From Candidatus Micrarchaeota archaeon (GTDB lineage Archaea > Micrarchaeota > Micrarchaeia > Anstonellales > Bilamarchaeaceae): DNA of 64,000 nt. Positions 28,101-36,671 of this stretch are shown piece by piece; the stretch's first letter is position 1; the number at the start of each line of letters is the position of its first letter. The position numbers and the translations under genes are program-made. The notes under the pieces were generated by a model. It was not told the origin of the DNA. It did no database searches and saw nothing but the letters and a program-made list of their open reading frames with translations. The stretch is from NCBI GenBank assembly GCA_014727925.1, contig WJMN01000047.1:41833-105832 (forward strand), given 5' to 3'.

Positions 28101-29369
28101 CCATTCTCCTGCGAGGAGCAGTCAACCATGGCAATAGATGGCGCAGCAGACCTCAGGCTTGCGGATGCCCCTGCCAAAACCGTGAACTGCCGCTTTGAAC
28201 TGCACAATTCCAATTTCACCGTGCAGAACCTTACTTTTGACAACGAGTTCGGGGGAATCCGGGTTTCCCTGGACAACAGTTCCCTCCATGTAAATGATAT
28301 GCCCGAGCCAATAAACCTGACAACATATGGGCAGCTTACAGATGTTGTAATATGGAACCTGGATACCTCACTGCTTTCTGGTCCCCTGGTAGTTTCAGAT
28401 GAAGGGATATACATTGAAACAGGGATGGCTTCTGTTAACAAGACTGCACCAGGAGCAAATATGAGCGAGATTTCAGACCTTTTCAACATTTCCCTGATAT
28501 ATAATAATGTCGGGGAGTGGGACGGCAGCATAACATATTATGGCAATTTCACCCGCAACAGGACACATGCAATGCAGAGTGGAATTGAGTGCCCCGCAGA
28601 CCGCTGCCAGAATGTAGTGTTTGACCGCTCTGCCCACACAATCCGGGTAGATATTTCCAATTTTTCTACATATGTGGTCAATTACACTGAATATGAAGAT
28701 GAGGATGAAGAAGAGGATGACGATGGCCCAGATGATGTAGATTATCAGCTTGAGGTCGAAGGCGCATGCGCAGGCTCTGCAGTAAATTTCACTGCAAGCC
28801 GCTCCGGGCTTGGCACAAGCGGAATCACAATCCGGGTTTATGGCCCAGACAACCAATCCCTGTTTTATGGCCATGATGAAACAGGAAGCCATGGCCGCGC
28901 TTCATTCACCCCCACATTTCCCGGAACATATTACTACTCAGCAGGCGCAGCAGGTTATACGGAAAAAACAGGCAGCATTGAGATACTAAACTGCACCACC
29001 CCCTCCGGGGAAGCCCCTCCTGCCGAGCCAATTCCTGAAGAGGAGCCTCCAGCAGGCACTCCTTCAAAGGAAGAATGCTATTTAGATGCTGATTGCCCGG
29101 CAGGCCATTGGTGCATAGAAAATGAGTGCGTGCTTGCAATTGAGCCTACTGAGGAAGGCCCGGGCCCCGAAATAACCCCGCCTTCCCAGGCCCAGGAGGT
29201 TCCGTCTGTGGCAGAGCCCAAAGAAGAGGCTGGGGAAACCCCTCCATGTTGTCTCGTGGGCATCTGCCTTGAAGTGCTGGGAGTATGCTGGTACTATTGG
29301 GTTGCAGGGCTGGCGATTCTTGGCCTTTTTGTCATTATTTACATCAATTATCCGGGCAAAAAGAGATAG
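25149..29369 (+). CDS. Large cell-surface glycoprotein (1406 aa) with C-terminal membrane anchor
   Basis: N-terminal hydrophobic segment ending FGC; many NxS/T sequons; two similar beta-rich domains; Cys-rich motif; Pro/Glu linker; TM then GKKR. Confidence 0.8.
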   Translation: MSSHSKKGSFSFRRFDELTVLLAVFFFIFGCIIIPEPPIPVELNKFSDLSTSKELQFESPPESQSFHLNISRYATVGNSSIPAEGNPGVVQNFSMRICPIEHMGSNVSNLTMHWPGGESYMFYPGTLDSCEEVSINASGFNSYLSVHQAPTITGMLSKISSGENVSMEWGISMKNPKMKDVDDPVTYQFMIIEPSIPENLIEQLIAATGTALPPGFDLLTDARLSGVSYTCYGWDQVRETTSPSAAYPIQVSVPGMNLSALIPDLTIPNGTVVMNASVFEMDCPAYGTPGKYRSEVRRLQLNLNNYTGPVPSASFSDDFNSPSLNPAWVFEYAGTPSVLGWYVDNSTQSTVELYSEGNASGSSAYYYRNHTIDSSGGAFVLEANISTAGEPPINMSMPLPEGAGMVAFTTNHSYPGPMASAGTQLRSFIAFGNNATLIGCPDGTRASIIPTSSGYHTFRINITNDTATYAVDGAQVFQCTNHTSAELYPMFSSDFLTDGFMGNISVDWINITAYSGGPGTWSEEWSEFDHFDSPLDTGKWLMRNVSVPKQIPYYSYQPSLSKIDLYSYNTDENDNSTGILMYYNESFAPPTSNESGIYFTTSVYFNESNPAAAPGFMFMNDTVSPAGFSELEDNYRGGIIYSNGYIVLTCPNTSKTYAANLSQLSYIMGWGEPTGWHQLGYYSTNDTTAFFYDDMPMPLNCSPHNESVYIAITSDPTTDLTEGNGSVRWFEAYSVEYEENYYGEKWFDLGLLSYMGYINRSMYSDVIVFDADSEGNYYDREFEFEVTSDTPGRLQMDALNITYGSLISYGPGGTAPTTTLDPDSDFSWFAINSEIDNSHMRLNSFAYNSTLTDSELIMARADCVNITDSRLLFSGAVYNTEEKHLGELGGLLEDLNMTSCDGVVENSELEFVFLIGGNAFNSELKTLPAIIATDFYDATMDNLTLYRGRMVINGTRAPDMFQDELDLGDFMGIGLSTFEDNTTLPFSCEEQSTMAIDGAADLRLADAPAKTVNCRFELHNSNFTVQNLTFDNEFGGIRVSLDNSSLHVNDMPEPINLTTYGQLTDVVIWNLDTSLLSGPLVVSDEGIYIETGMASVNKTAPGANMSEISDLFNISLIYNNVGEWDGSITYYGNFTRNRTHAMQSGIECPADRCQNVVFDRSAHTIRVDISNFSTYVVNYTEYEDEDEEEDDDGPDDVDYQLEVEGACAGSAVNFTASRSGLGTSGITIRVYGPDNQSLFYGHDETGSHGRASFTPTFPGTYYYSAGAAGYTEKTGSIEILNCTTPSGEAPPAEPIPEEEPPAGTPSKEECYLDADCPAGHWCIENECVLAIEPTEEGPGPEITPPSQAQEVPSVAEPKEEAGETPPCCLVGICLEVLGVCWYYWVAGLAILGLFVIIYINYPGKKR

Positions 29370-29395
29370 CCCAGAAACCATCCGGAGGTCTCCAG

Positions 29396-30379
29396 ATGAA
29401 TGTGCAGGAATATTCTAATATCAAGCGGAGAAAGATAGACGATTGCCTGCTTTCAAAAATCCCCAGTGAACCTGAACACATCTATTCCATGCTCCGGGAA
29501 TTTATTTTCCGGGGGGGCAAGCGCATCCGCCCAACGCTTACCCTTGCATGCGCAGAAGCCGCGGGAGGCTCGGAATCTGATGCAATGGACTATGCAGTTG
29601 CAGTTGAGCTTTTCCATAATTTTACCCTGATTCATGATGATGTGGAGGACAATTCTTCCCTGCGCAGGGGCAAGCCAACCATTAATGCAGAATATGGAAT
29701 CCCTACTGCAGTAAATGCAGGGGATGCTCTCTACCGGGCAATGTGGTCAGCTGTGCTCTCAAGCAGCGACCCTCCGGATAAGCGACTGGAAGCACTCAGG
29801 ATAATGGTTGACGGGTTTTCTTCTGTTGTTGAGGCACAGGGCACCGAGCTGTTCTGGCAGCGCAACCGCAATTTTTCTGTTTCCGAAGAGGAATATCTCC
29901 GGATGGCATCAGGAAAGACAGGGGAACTTATCGGCCTTGCATGCAAGATGGGTGCATTTTCCGCCGATGCTCCCGAGGAGCTCCAGCTTTCTCTGCAGGA
30001 ATTCGGAAGGAAAATCGGTCTTGCCTTCCAGATAAAGGACGATGTTCTCAACCTGGTTTCCAATGCGGATAAATACAATAAAGAGCCAGGAGAAGACATA
30101 AGGGAAGGAAAGCCAACACTTGTGGCTCTCAAGCTTCTTTTTTCCCTTCCGGAAAACGAGAAGAATGAAGTTCTGCAAATTCTGGGAAAGCATGGAAATT
30201 CCAAAGAAGAGGTTTCCCGCGTCCTCTTTCTTGCAAAAGAGCACGGCTCAATTGATTACGCAAACACAGCTTGCGAGCGCCTCCTTTCCGAGGCAAAATC
30301 CTGCCTTTCTGTTCTCTCCCCCGAAAAGCGCTCCCTTTTTTCCGGCATGGCTGATTATGCAATAAGGAGGGAGGAGTAG
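29396..30379 (+). CDS. Polyprenyl diphosphate synthase (GGPP synthase-like)
   Basis: GGKRIRP, LIHDDVED, RRGKPT, KT, FQIKDD; RBS GGAGGT. Confidence 0.93.
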   Translation: MNVQEYSNIKRRKIDDCLLSKIPSEPEHIYSMLREFIFRGGKRIRPTLTLACAEAAGGSESDAMDYAVAVELFHNFTLIHDDVEDNSSLRRGKPTINAEYGIPTAVNAGDALYRAMWSAVLSSSDPPDKRLEALRIMVDGFSSVVEAQGTELFWQRNRNFSVSEEEYLRMASGKTGELIGLACKMGAFSADAPEELQLSLQEFGRKIGLAFQIKDDVLNLVSNADKYNKEPGEDIREGKPTLVALKLLFSLPENEKNEVLQILGKHGNSKEEVSRVLFLAKEHGSIDYANTACERLLSEAKSCLSVLSPEKRSLFSGMADYAIRREE

Positions 30380-31284
30380 TGCTGGAAAAGCTCAAGAAGG
30401 CAATCTCCATAAGCCGCCCTGTTTTCTGGCTTGGGCCCATGCTTGTTTACCTCGCAGGATTGTTTATGGCTGGGATTCCCCGCGGCCCCCTTGAAACGGT
30501 TGAAATGCTTCTCCTCACATTTCCCTTCGCATTCATAATTTACGGGCTAAACGACATATATGATAATGAGGTGGACAAAAGCAGCCCGCGCAAGGGAGGC
30601 ATGTGGGGCGCAAGACTGGAAAAGAAGGACATCCCATGGGTAAAACATCTCATAATTTTCTTCTCAATTGCAATAATCTTTACTTCCGCCCTCTCCTTCC
30701 AGCCCCTGCATTTCGCATTCTCTTTCCTTATGGTTGCTGTTCCCTACCTATATTCTGCGCCCCCTTTCCGCTTCAAGGCCCGCCCGTTTTGGGATTCTTT
30801 TCTCAGCGGCGGCTATGGAGTCGGCCCATTTATGTTCGCTTATACGCTTTCAGGGGAATTCTTCCCATACCCTGAGCTTTTTGTTGTTTCTGCAGGATTT
30901 TCCGCAATCCATGCAATTGCCACGATAATGGACTACAGGGAGGACAGGAACTCGGGCATAAACACCTTCGCAGTTGGATATGGCCCGGCTGCCCCCGCAC
31001 TTTTCGTACTCCTTGTTTGCATCGTGAATTTCATATATTCCTGGGGCTTTTCATACATTATTTCCGCAGGCATTGGCCTTGCAGGAATTCTGTCTGCATG
31101 GCTTGCATTCTGCCCCACCCCAAAAAATGCAAAAACAGTTTTCAAACTCCTCATTGCTTATGTATTTTTCTGGCTGTTTTACTTCTTCCTTAAGTATTTC
31201 GTGCTGGGCCCATGGTTTGCAGACTATTCAGAAATGGAGTTCCGCACAATTCTCCCCGAAGTTCTTGAGTATGTACGACAGTAG
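30379..31284 (+). CDS. UbiA-family prenyltransferase, lycopene elongase (LyeJ/CrtEb)-like
   Basis: ISRPVFW, YGLNDIYDNEVDKSSPRKGG, YSAPPFRFKARPFWDS, DYREDRNSGINTFA. Confidence 0.8.
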   Translation: MLEKLKKAISISRPVFWLGPMLVYLAGLFMAGIPRGPLETVEMLLLTFPFAFIIYGLNDIYDNEVDKSSPRKGGMWGARLEKKDIPWVKHLIIFFSIAIIFTSALSFQPLHFAFSFLMVAVPYLYSAPPFRFKARPFWDSFLSGGYGVGPFMFAYTLSGEFFPYPELFVVSAGFSAIHAIATIMDYREDRNSGINTFAVGYGPAAPALFVLLVCIVNFIYSWGFSYIISAGIGLAGILSAWLAFCPTPKNAKTVFKLLIAYVFFWLFYFFLKYFVLGPWFADYSEMEFRTILPEVLEYVRQ

Positions 31285-31288
31285 CCCC

Positions 31289-32359
31289 TCATTTTCGTAT
31301 TTTAAAAACCCTGGTCCTTCCGCCTCCCCCTCCTAAAAACACGGCCTCAACGAGCCCCATGCTCTCCAGCTTCCCCAGGCGCATCCGCACGGTTCGCTCA
31401 TTCCTCTCCACCTTTGAATAAATTTCCCCGCTTTTTATCCCATCCTCACCTGCTCCCCTGATTATCTCCACAATCTGCTTGTCCAGCCCATCTAGGCTCT
31501 CAATTTTCTCCTTCTTCAGGCTCCCAAGCACACTTCCCTTGACTGCCTCCACATCATCAACAGTGATTTCGTCCCGCGCATCTTTTTCCGCACTTCTCCC
31601 CGCAAGCCAGAGCAAATTAAGTGCAACTCTTGCATCCCCCCCGTTTTTTGCCCCGAATCCTGAACACATCCCAACAACTTCTTCAGTATATGCTCCGGGG
31701 AAGAGCCCAATCCGCGCACGCTCCCTGACAATTTCCTTCAGCTCAGCAGGGCTATACCGCTTGAATTCCATAAACGACTGCAGCAAAGAGCTCCGCACCC
31801 GGTCATCCAGCTGAGAAAGCACGTCCCCCCTGTTTGTGATTGCAATTACCCCCACATCAATCCCGTCATTTTCTTTCATCCTAAGCAAATCATAGAATAT
31901 TTCCTGCTCTTCATCTGCAACCACGTCTGCTTCATCCAGCACAACTACCGGAACTTTTTTTGCATGCTTTAGCGCACCGACCAGTTCTGCCCTAACCTCA
32001 TCAACTGCTACCCCCCTCCTGGGTATGAATATTCCCACTTCTTCTGCAAGCCTGCTGAGTATGGAAAACCTGCTCGGGTAATTCCAGCAGTTTAGGTAAA
32101 CTGAAAAGCACCTGGAGGTGTATTCGGTTAGCTGACCCAGCACATGCTTCACTGTGCAGGTTTTTCCGGTTCCCGGAGCCCCGTAAATTACTATGCTCTG
32201 GGGTCTCCTGTTCTCTGAAATAGGGCGAAGGGCAAAGGCAAGTTCCTTGATTTCGCTTTCCCTCTTCACTATGTCCTCAGGAATGTACTCCGGCGCAAAT
32301 GCCCCTTCATTCTTGAATATCTTCCCCCCATCCCCAAGCTGCCTGAAAATGTTTGACAT
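31289..32359 (-). CDS. cdc6: Cdc6/Orc1-family AAA+ ATPase
   Basis: PEYIPEDIVKRESE, Walker A GAPGTGKT, YLNC, Walker B LDEAD, LDDRVRSSL, GDARVAL, winged-helix C-terminus. Confidence 0.88.
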   Translation of the reverse strand: MSNIFRQLGDGGKIFKNEGAFAPEYIPEDIVKRESEIKELAFALRPISENRRPQSIVIYGAPGTGKTCTVKHVLGQLTEYTSRCFSVYLNCWNYPSRFSILSRLAEEVGIFIPRRGVAVDEVRAELVGALKHAKKVPVVVLDEADVVADEEQEIFYDLLRMKENDGIDVGVIAITNRGDVLSQLDDRVRSSLLQSFMEFKRYSPAELKEIVRERARIGLFPGAYTEEVVGMCSGFGAKNGGDARVALNLLWLAGRSAEKDARDEITVDDVEAVKGSVLGSLKKEKIESLDGLDKQIVEIIRGAGEDGIKSGEIYSKVERNERTVRMRLGKLESMGLVEAVFLGGGGGRTRVFKIRK

Positions 32360-32436
32360 TTTTTTCTACCCTGCTTAAAGGTTGTCATAATATCTTAATA
32401 AGTGTTATTGTACACGATATTTGAAGGTGGGAGGCA

Positions 32437-33207
32437 ATGGCCAAGAACAATTCGAAAATTACGGAAAACAAGAACATTCCTGTGCTCCGGGTTGCAGGGA
32501 GCTATCTGCTTCGCAACAGCCGGCAGAGCTTTTTTGATTTGTGCAAGCCCGGACCTGACAGGGCAAGGCCAATCTCTTTCACATCTGCAGTGAAGCTGAT
32601 AAAAGCGCTGCACACCCTTCCCTCAACCGATGAATCAACCATAACTGAAAAAGATGGCGGCGTGCTGCTGGAAAACCCTGCCTATTCCTGCTTTATAGAG
32701 GGCATGGAGAGAAAAGGGCTGCTTAACATACTCAGCCATGCCTGCCCCTTCTGGGTTGATGCGCTCCTTTTTGAGTATCCGCACGAAAATCGCCCTGGGA
32801 GAATGTTTTCAGAGCCTGAAGAAAGCCCCTGCAAGGGATGCTCCCTGGAACTCCCTCCAGGCTTTACACCCGGTAAAAGAGGAAGGATAATCCTTGATTC
32901 CGGCTCATGGGAATTCTCAGAACAGGGCCAGGGAGTTTACTTTAGGGCAAAGGAAGGCACAAAGCCTATTCGTGTTGGTTTCAAGAGCGCCGAGCTTTAC
33001 CTTGGTTCTGATGGAAACCTCAGCCCTGATTCTTATTTGAGCAGGAGAAAAACAGACCCGATGGTCACTATTTTTGGGTTAAGGGGAGCCGGGCTTGCCC
33101 CCATGATTGCTGCAATTACTCCAATCTCCGGCAAGCTGATAATACGCGGCTCTGCACTCCCTCCTGGCACAAAGATGGGTGCAATACTTGAGGTTCCCCG
33201 AGGCTAA
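32437..33207 (+). CDS. Hypothetical protein
   Basis: 256 aa with GGAGG RBS, divergent from cdc6. Confidence 0.6.
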   Translation: MAKNNSKITENKNIPVLRVAGSYLLRNSRQSFFDLCKPGPDRARPISFTSAVKLIKALHTLPSTDESTITEKDGGVLLENPAYSCFIEGMERKGLLNILSHACPFWVDALLFEYPHENRPGRMFSEPEESPCKGCSLELPPGFTPGKRGRIILDSGSWEFSEQGQGVYFRAKEGTKPIRVGFKSAELYLGSDGNLSPDSYLSRRKTDPMVTIFGLRGAGLAPMIAAITPISGKLIIRGSALPPGTKMGAILEVPRG

Positions 33208-33270
33208 TCCCCTCCGTTTTCCATATCCTGTAGGGGAAGCATCCTCCTCTTTAGTGGAACCACATCCCCT

Positions 33271-34314
33271 CTAATCATTTCTTTTTCCGTTTTTTCTCCA
33301 GTACTCATTAATATCATTTACAAAATACAGTTCTTCCCCGCATTCAGGACACTTATTGTATCCGTCAACCTTATTCTCAACAACACCAAACCCCCTTCTG
33401 CACACAACCATCTCCCCGCATTTTGGGCAGTAGGTGCTCTCGCTTTTTTCATCCATCCTGTTTCCTGAGTAGGCAAACTTCACTCCCTCATCCATTGCAA
33501 TTTCCCGTGCCTTCAAAAGTGTGTCCAGTTTTGTGCTGGGAACGTCCTCCATCTTGTTTGCAGGGTAAAACCCGATAAAGTGCAGCGGCACGTTGGGGTC
33601 CAGCTCCGCACACCATTTGCTCACTGCGCGCAAATCATCTTCGTCATCATTGTACCCCGGAACAACCAAATTTATGATTTCAATGTGCCCAATTTTGTAC
33701 AGCCCCTTTATGGTTGCAAGCACCCCCTCAAGTTCCACGTCCCCGCAAACATCCCTGTAAATCTTTTCGTTGAACCCCTTTAAATCAATCCGTGAAGCGT
33801 CAATTCTCCCCGCCATCTCAGAAATCGCTGCATCGCTCTCATATCCATTAGTTACAAATACGTTGAAGATGTCCTTCTGGTGCGCAAGCTTTGCAGTATC
33901 CAGCGCATATTCCATGAATATGGTTGGCTCAGTATAGGTATATGCAATTCCCGAAATATTGTTGGAACTGCTGTATTCAACGATTTTTTCCGGAGGCCAG
34001 TCCTCCCCCACAATCCCGGAGTATGCCTGGCTTATTTCCCAGTTTTGGCAGTACTTGCACCTGAAATTGCATCCCACCGTGGAAAAAGAAAAGCAGTCTG
34101 CCCCGGGCATAAAATGGTAAAAAGGCTTTTTTTCAACAGGGTCCACGTTCACTGCTACTGCCTTTCCATAAGGGAGCGTGTAAAGCGTCCCGTCCCTGTT
34201 TTCCCGCACATGGCAGTAGCCTGTTTCCCCAGGCTTTATCCTGCACATCCTCCTGCACAGGTAGCACTGCACATCCCCGCCCTCCTGTTTTGTATAGCAC
34301 ATTGCTTCCTTCAT
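33271..34314 (-). CDS. amrS: AmmeMemoRadiSam system radical SAM enzyme
   Basis: CYLCRRMC..GYCHVREN, DPVEKKPFYHF, GCNFRCKYCQNWEISQ, YTYTEPT, C-terminal CPKC/CPEC. Confidence 0.9.
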   Translation of the reverse strand: MKEAMCYTKQEGGDVQCYLCRRMCRIKPGETGYCHVRENRDGTLYTLPYGKAVAVNVDPVEKKPFYHFMPGADCFSFSTVGCNFRCKYCQNWEISQAYSGIVGEDWPPEKIVEYSSSNNISGIAYTYTEPTIFMEYALDTAKLAHQKDIFNVFVTNGYESDAAISEMAGRIDASRIDLKGFNEKIYRDVCGDVELEGVLATIKGLYKIGHIEIINLVVPGYNDDEDDLRAVSKWCAELDPNVPLHFIGFYPANKMEDVPSTKLDTLLKAREIAMDEGVKFAYSGNRMDEKSESTYCPKCGEMVVCRRGFGVVENKVDGYNKCPECGEELYFVNDINEYWRKNGKRND

Positions 34315-34413
34315 ATTTGCACAACTCCCTGTCTAAGTTTATATTGCTTGGGGAATGTGTCCATTTATGGTTAAAAGAGATACATTTTTAAACCTGAACG
34401 GAGTAAAAAAACC

Positions 34414-35280
34414 ATGAAAATGATGCTCCAGCCCGTGGTGGAAGACCCACATCCTCCGGATGCAGAGAAAATCATGGGCAAATTCCCAAAAAAGGCAATC
34501 CTGCTCTCACCCCATAGCAATGAGAACCCCACGACTCTCTCGGTAATGAAGAGGCTTGCAGAAAAGCTTTTGCAGCGAGGAATTGAAGTTGAGCAGTCCC
34601 ACCGGGAGGGGATGATGAAGAGGATATGGGAGCTAAGAAGCTATATTGATTCCACCAAAGAAGGCAGGGAAGGCCATTTCCCCAAGGATGCCATTTCTCT
34701 GCTCATGAGTGCAGAAGACATACTCTTCAGGCTGGATACACTATCCAGCGCATTTGACCAAAATCCCGAAGGCACTGTTGTTGCAGAGCTGCATGCAATG
34801 AATGCAAATGTTTTCACTTCTGTATATGGTGCCCAGTATTATCTTGAGGAGGGCTTTGAGAAGGTGCCTGATGCGCATGCCCTTTCAATGGGAGACCCTT
34901 TTTGGCATTTTGCTGATACCCTTTCGTTTATCAGGGAGGATTATGGATGCAAAGGGTACCACGATTCAGATTTCTCAGGATTGTTTGAAAAGTTAAAAGT
35001 CCGGTTTGGAATGGCCCTGGACAATATTGTTGAAGAGGCAAAAGGGCTCCTGGAGAAGCTTAGTTCCCACAGGTGGAAAATCCGCCTTTTTGAGTTTCCT
35101 TCATTTGAAGAGCCCCTCTCCAAGGGCCACCCTGCACACCCTGTTCTTTTCAGGAAACCAGATACTCTCCGCAGCATATCAGATTTTGAGAGAACATACG
35201 GCGCTTGCCTCCGCCATGATGCATGCCCGGATGATTCAGAGCTGGAGGCAGTTGCCGAGATGTTTAGGGCAAGGGAGTGA
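34414..35280 (+). CDS. Hypothetical protein (possible M14-like Zn hydrolase fold)
   Basis: 288 aa with its own TATA; SPHSNE, ELH and late FEFP. Confidence 0.55.
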   Translation: MKMMLQPVVEDPHPPDAEKIMGKFPKKAILLSPHSNENPTTLSVMKRLAEKLLQRGIEVEQSHREGMMKRIWELRSYIDSTKEGREGHFPKDAISLLMSAEDILFRLDTLSSAFDQNPEGTVVAELHAMNANVFTSVYGAQYYLEEGFEKVPDAHALSMGDPFWHFADTLSFIREDYGCKGYHDSDFSGLFEKLKVRFGMALDNIVEEAKGLLEKLSSHRWKIRLFEFPSFEEPLSKGHPAHPVLFRKPDTLRSISDFERTYGACLRHDACPDDSELEAVAEMFRARE

Positions 35281-35318
35281 CCCAGCATTTTTTTAATCCT
35301 TAAGCCCTGATTTTCCAC

Positions 35319-36629
35319 ATGAAGATTATCCCCAGCCCTCCCCGGGCAACCTGGTCTAGGCACTGGGTTTTCATTTTGGCATGCATCGGATCCGCGGTTG
35401 GGCTCGGGAATATCTGGAGGTTCCCCTACATTACAGGGCTGCACGGGGGCGGCTCTTTTCTTGTCCTTTACCTGGCAGCGGTGCTTTTTGTGGGTATTCC
35501 TGCACTGCTTGTTGAGCTTACCGCGGGCAAGGCCCTGAGGGCTGAGGCAGTCAATGCTTTTAGGAAGATGCTCAGGGACAAATGGTGGGTTTCAGCCCTT
35601 CCCCTTGCCCTATGCCTCCTCATACTCTCATATTACTTAGTGATAATGGGCTGGACGCTTTTCTACGCATTTTTCTCACTTGGTGGAAACCACATTCCAT
35701 TTTCCGAGGCAGCATCAGGGTGGGCCCTTCCACTTGCAGGGATTGCCTGCCTGGCGCTGGTTGAGCTTGTTTCCAGGATGGACATAAAGGATGGGCTAGA
35801 AAAGGTCAATATCTATCTTTTCCCAATTTTCTTTGGCTCCCTTGTTTTTATTCTCCTGCATTCTCTCACTCTTCCCGGCTTTTCCGAAGCGGTTTCATAT
35901 CTTACTACTATCAATATGGGTGAGGTAACTTCTCCCCTGAATATAATCAATGCAATAACCCAGGCTGTTTTTTCGCTTTCTGTAGGCATGGCGGTGATGC
36001 TCACCTACGGCAGCTATCTCGGAAAAAAAGCAGATGTGTTTCATTCCTCCCTTGCAATTGCGGTTTCTGATGCCGCCATTGCAATAACCGGGGCCCTGGT
36101 GATTTTCACAATCAGCTTCACATTTTCCATCCCGGTTTCCTCCGGGCCCCAGCTTGCATTTGAATCTCTTCCCCTTGCCTTCCTTTCGCTAGAGTATGGG
36201 GAATTCCTGATGCCACTGTTCTTCATACTGCTCCTGAGTGCAGCAATAACTTCTGCGGTTTCCCTTTCTGAAACTCTTGTGGATAACCTTAAAATCAAGA
36301 CCGGCTCCCGCAGAACAGCAAGCGGAGCAATGCTTCTCCTGCTCCTGGTCTTTTTTATTCCCTCTGCGCTAAGCTATAGTCCCCTTGCCGCAGATTTCAC
36401 ACTCAATGGCATCCCCTTCCTTGAGTTCATGGATGCAGAGATTGTAGGCCGCCTCGCCCCCTTGGTGGTTGTTGCAACAATAGTTTCAATTACCTGGGGC
36501 TGGAATGGCTGCCGCAGAGAGCTCCGGAAGGCCCTTCCCGGTTTCCTGGTTTCCCCCGTTTACCTGATGGCAAAATATATTGTCCCTGTCGCAATACTCA
36601 CCCTGCAGGTTCTCGGGTTTTTCTCCTGA
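35319..36629 (+). CDS. Sodium-dependent transporter, NSS/SNF family
   Basis: GSAVGLGNIWRFPY, GGGSF, QAVFSLSVG, YGSY, GPQLAF. Confidence 0.95.
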   Translation: MKIIPSPPRATWSRHWVFILACIGSAVGLGNIWRFPYITGLHGGGSFLVLYLAAVLFVGIPALLVELTAGKALRAEAVNAFRKMLRDKWWVSALPLALCLLILSYYLVIMGWTLFYAFFSLGGNHIPFSEAASGWALPLAGIACLALVELVSRMDIKDGLEKVNIYLFPIFFGSLVFILLHSLTLPGFSEAVSYLTTINMGEVTSPLNIINAITQAVFSLSVGMAVMLTYGSYLGKKADVFHSSLAIAVSDAAIAITGALVIFTISFTFSIPVSSGPQLAFESLPLAFLSLEYGEFLMPLFFILLLSAAITSAVSLSETLVDNLKIKTGSRRTASGAMLLLLLVFFIPSALSYSPLAADFTLNGIPFLEFMDAEIVGRLAPLVVVATIVSITWGWNGCRRELRKALPGFLVSPVYLMAKYIVPVAILTLQVLGFFS

Positions 36630-36671
36630 AGGCAACGAAAACTTTATATTATTCCTTTTTGATACCGCCTC

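Noticed and set aside
32360-33270. Replication origin next to cdc6
   Set aside because: The intergenic regions are short and contain no repeated ORB-like TTCCAxTGGAAA plus G-string motifs; only one weak partial match (GTGGAAC near 33255).
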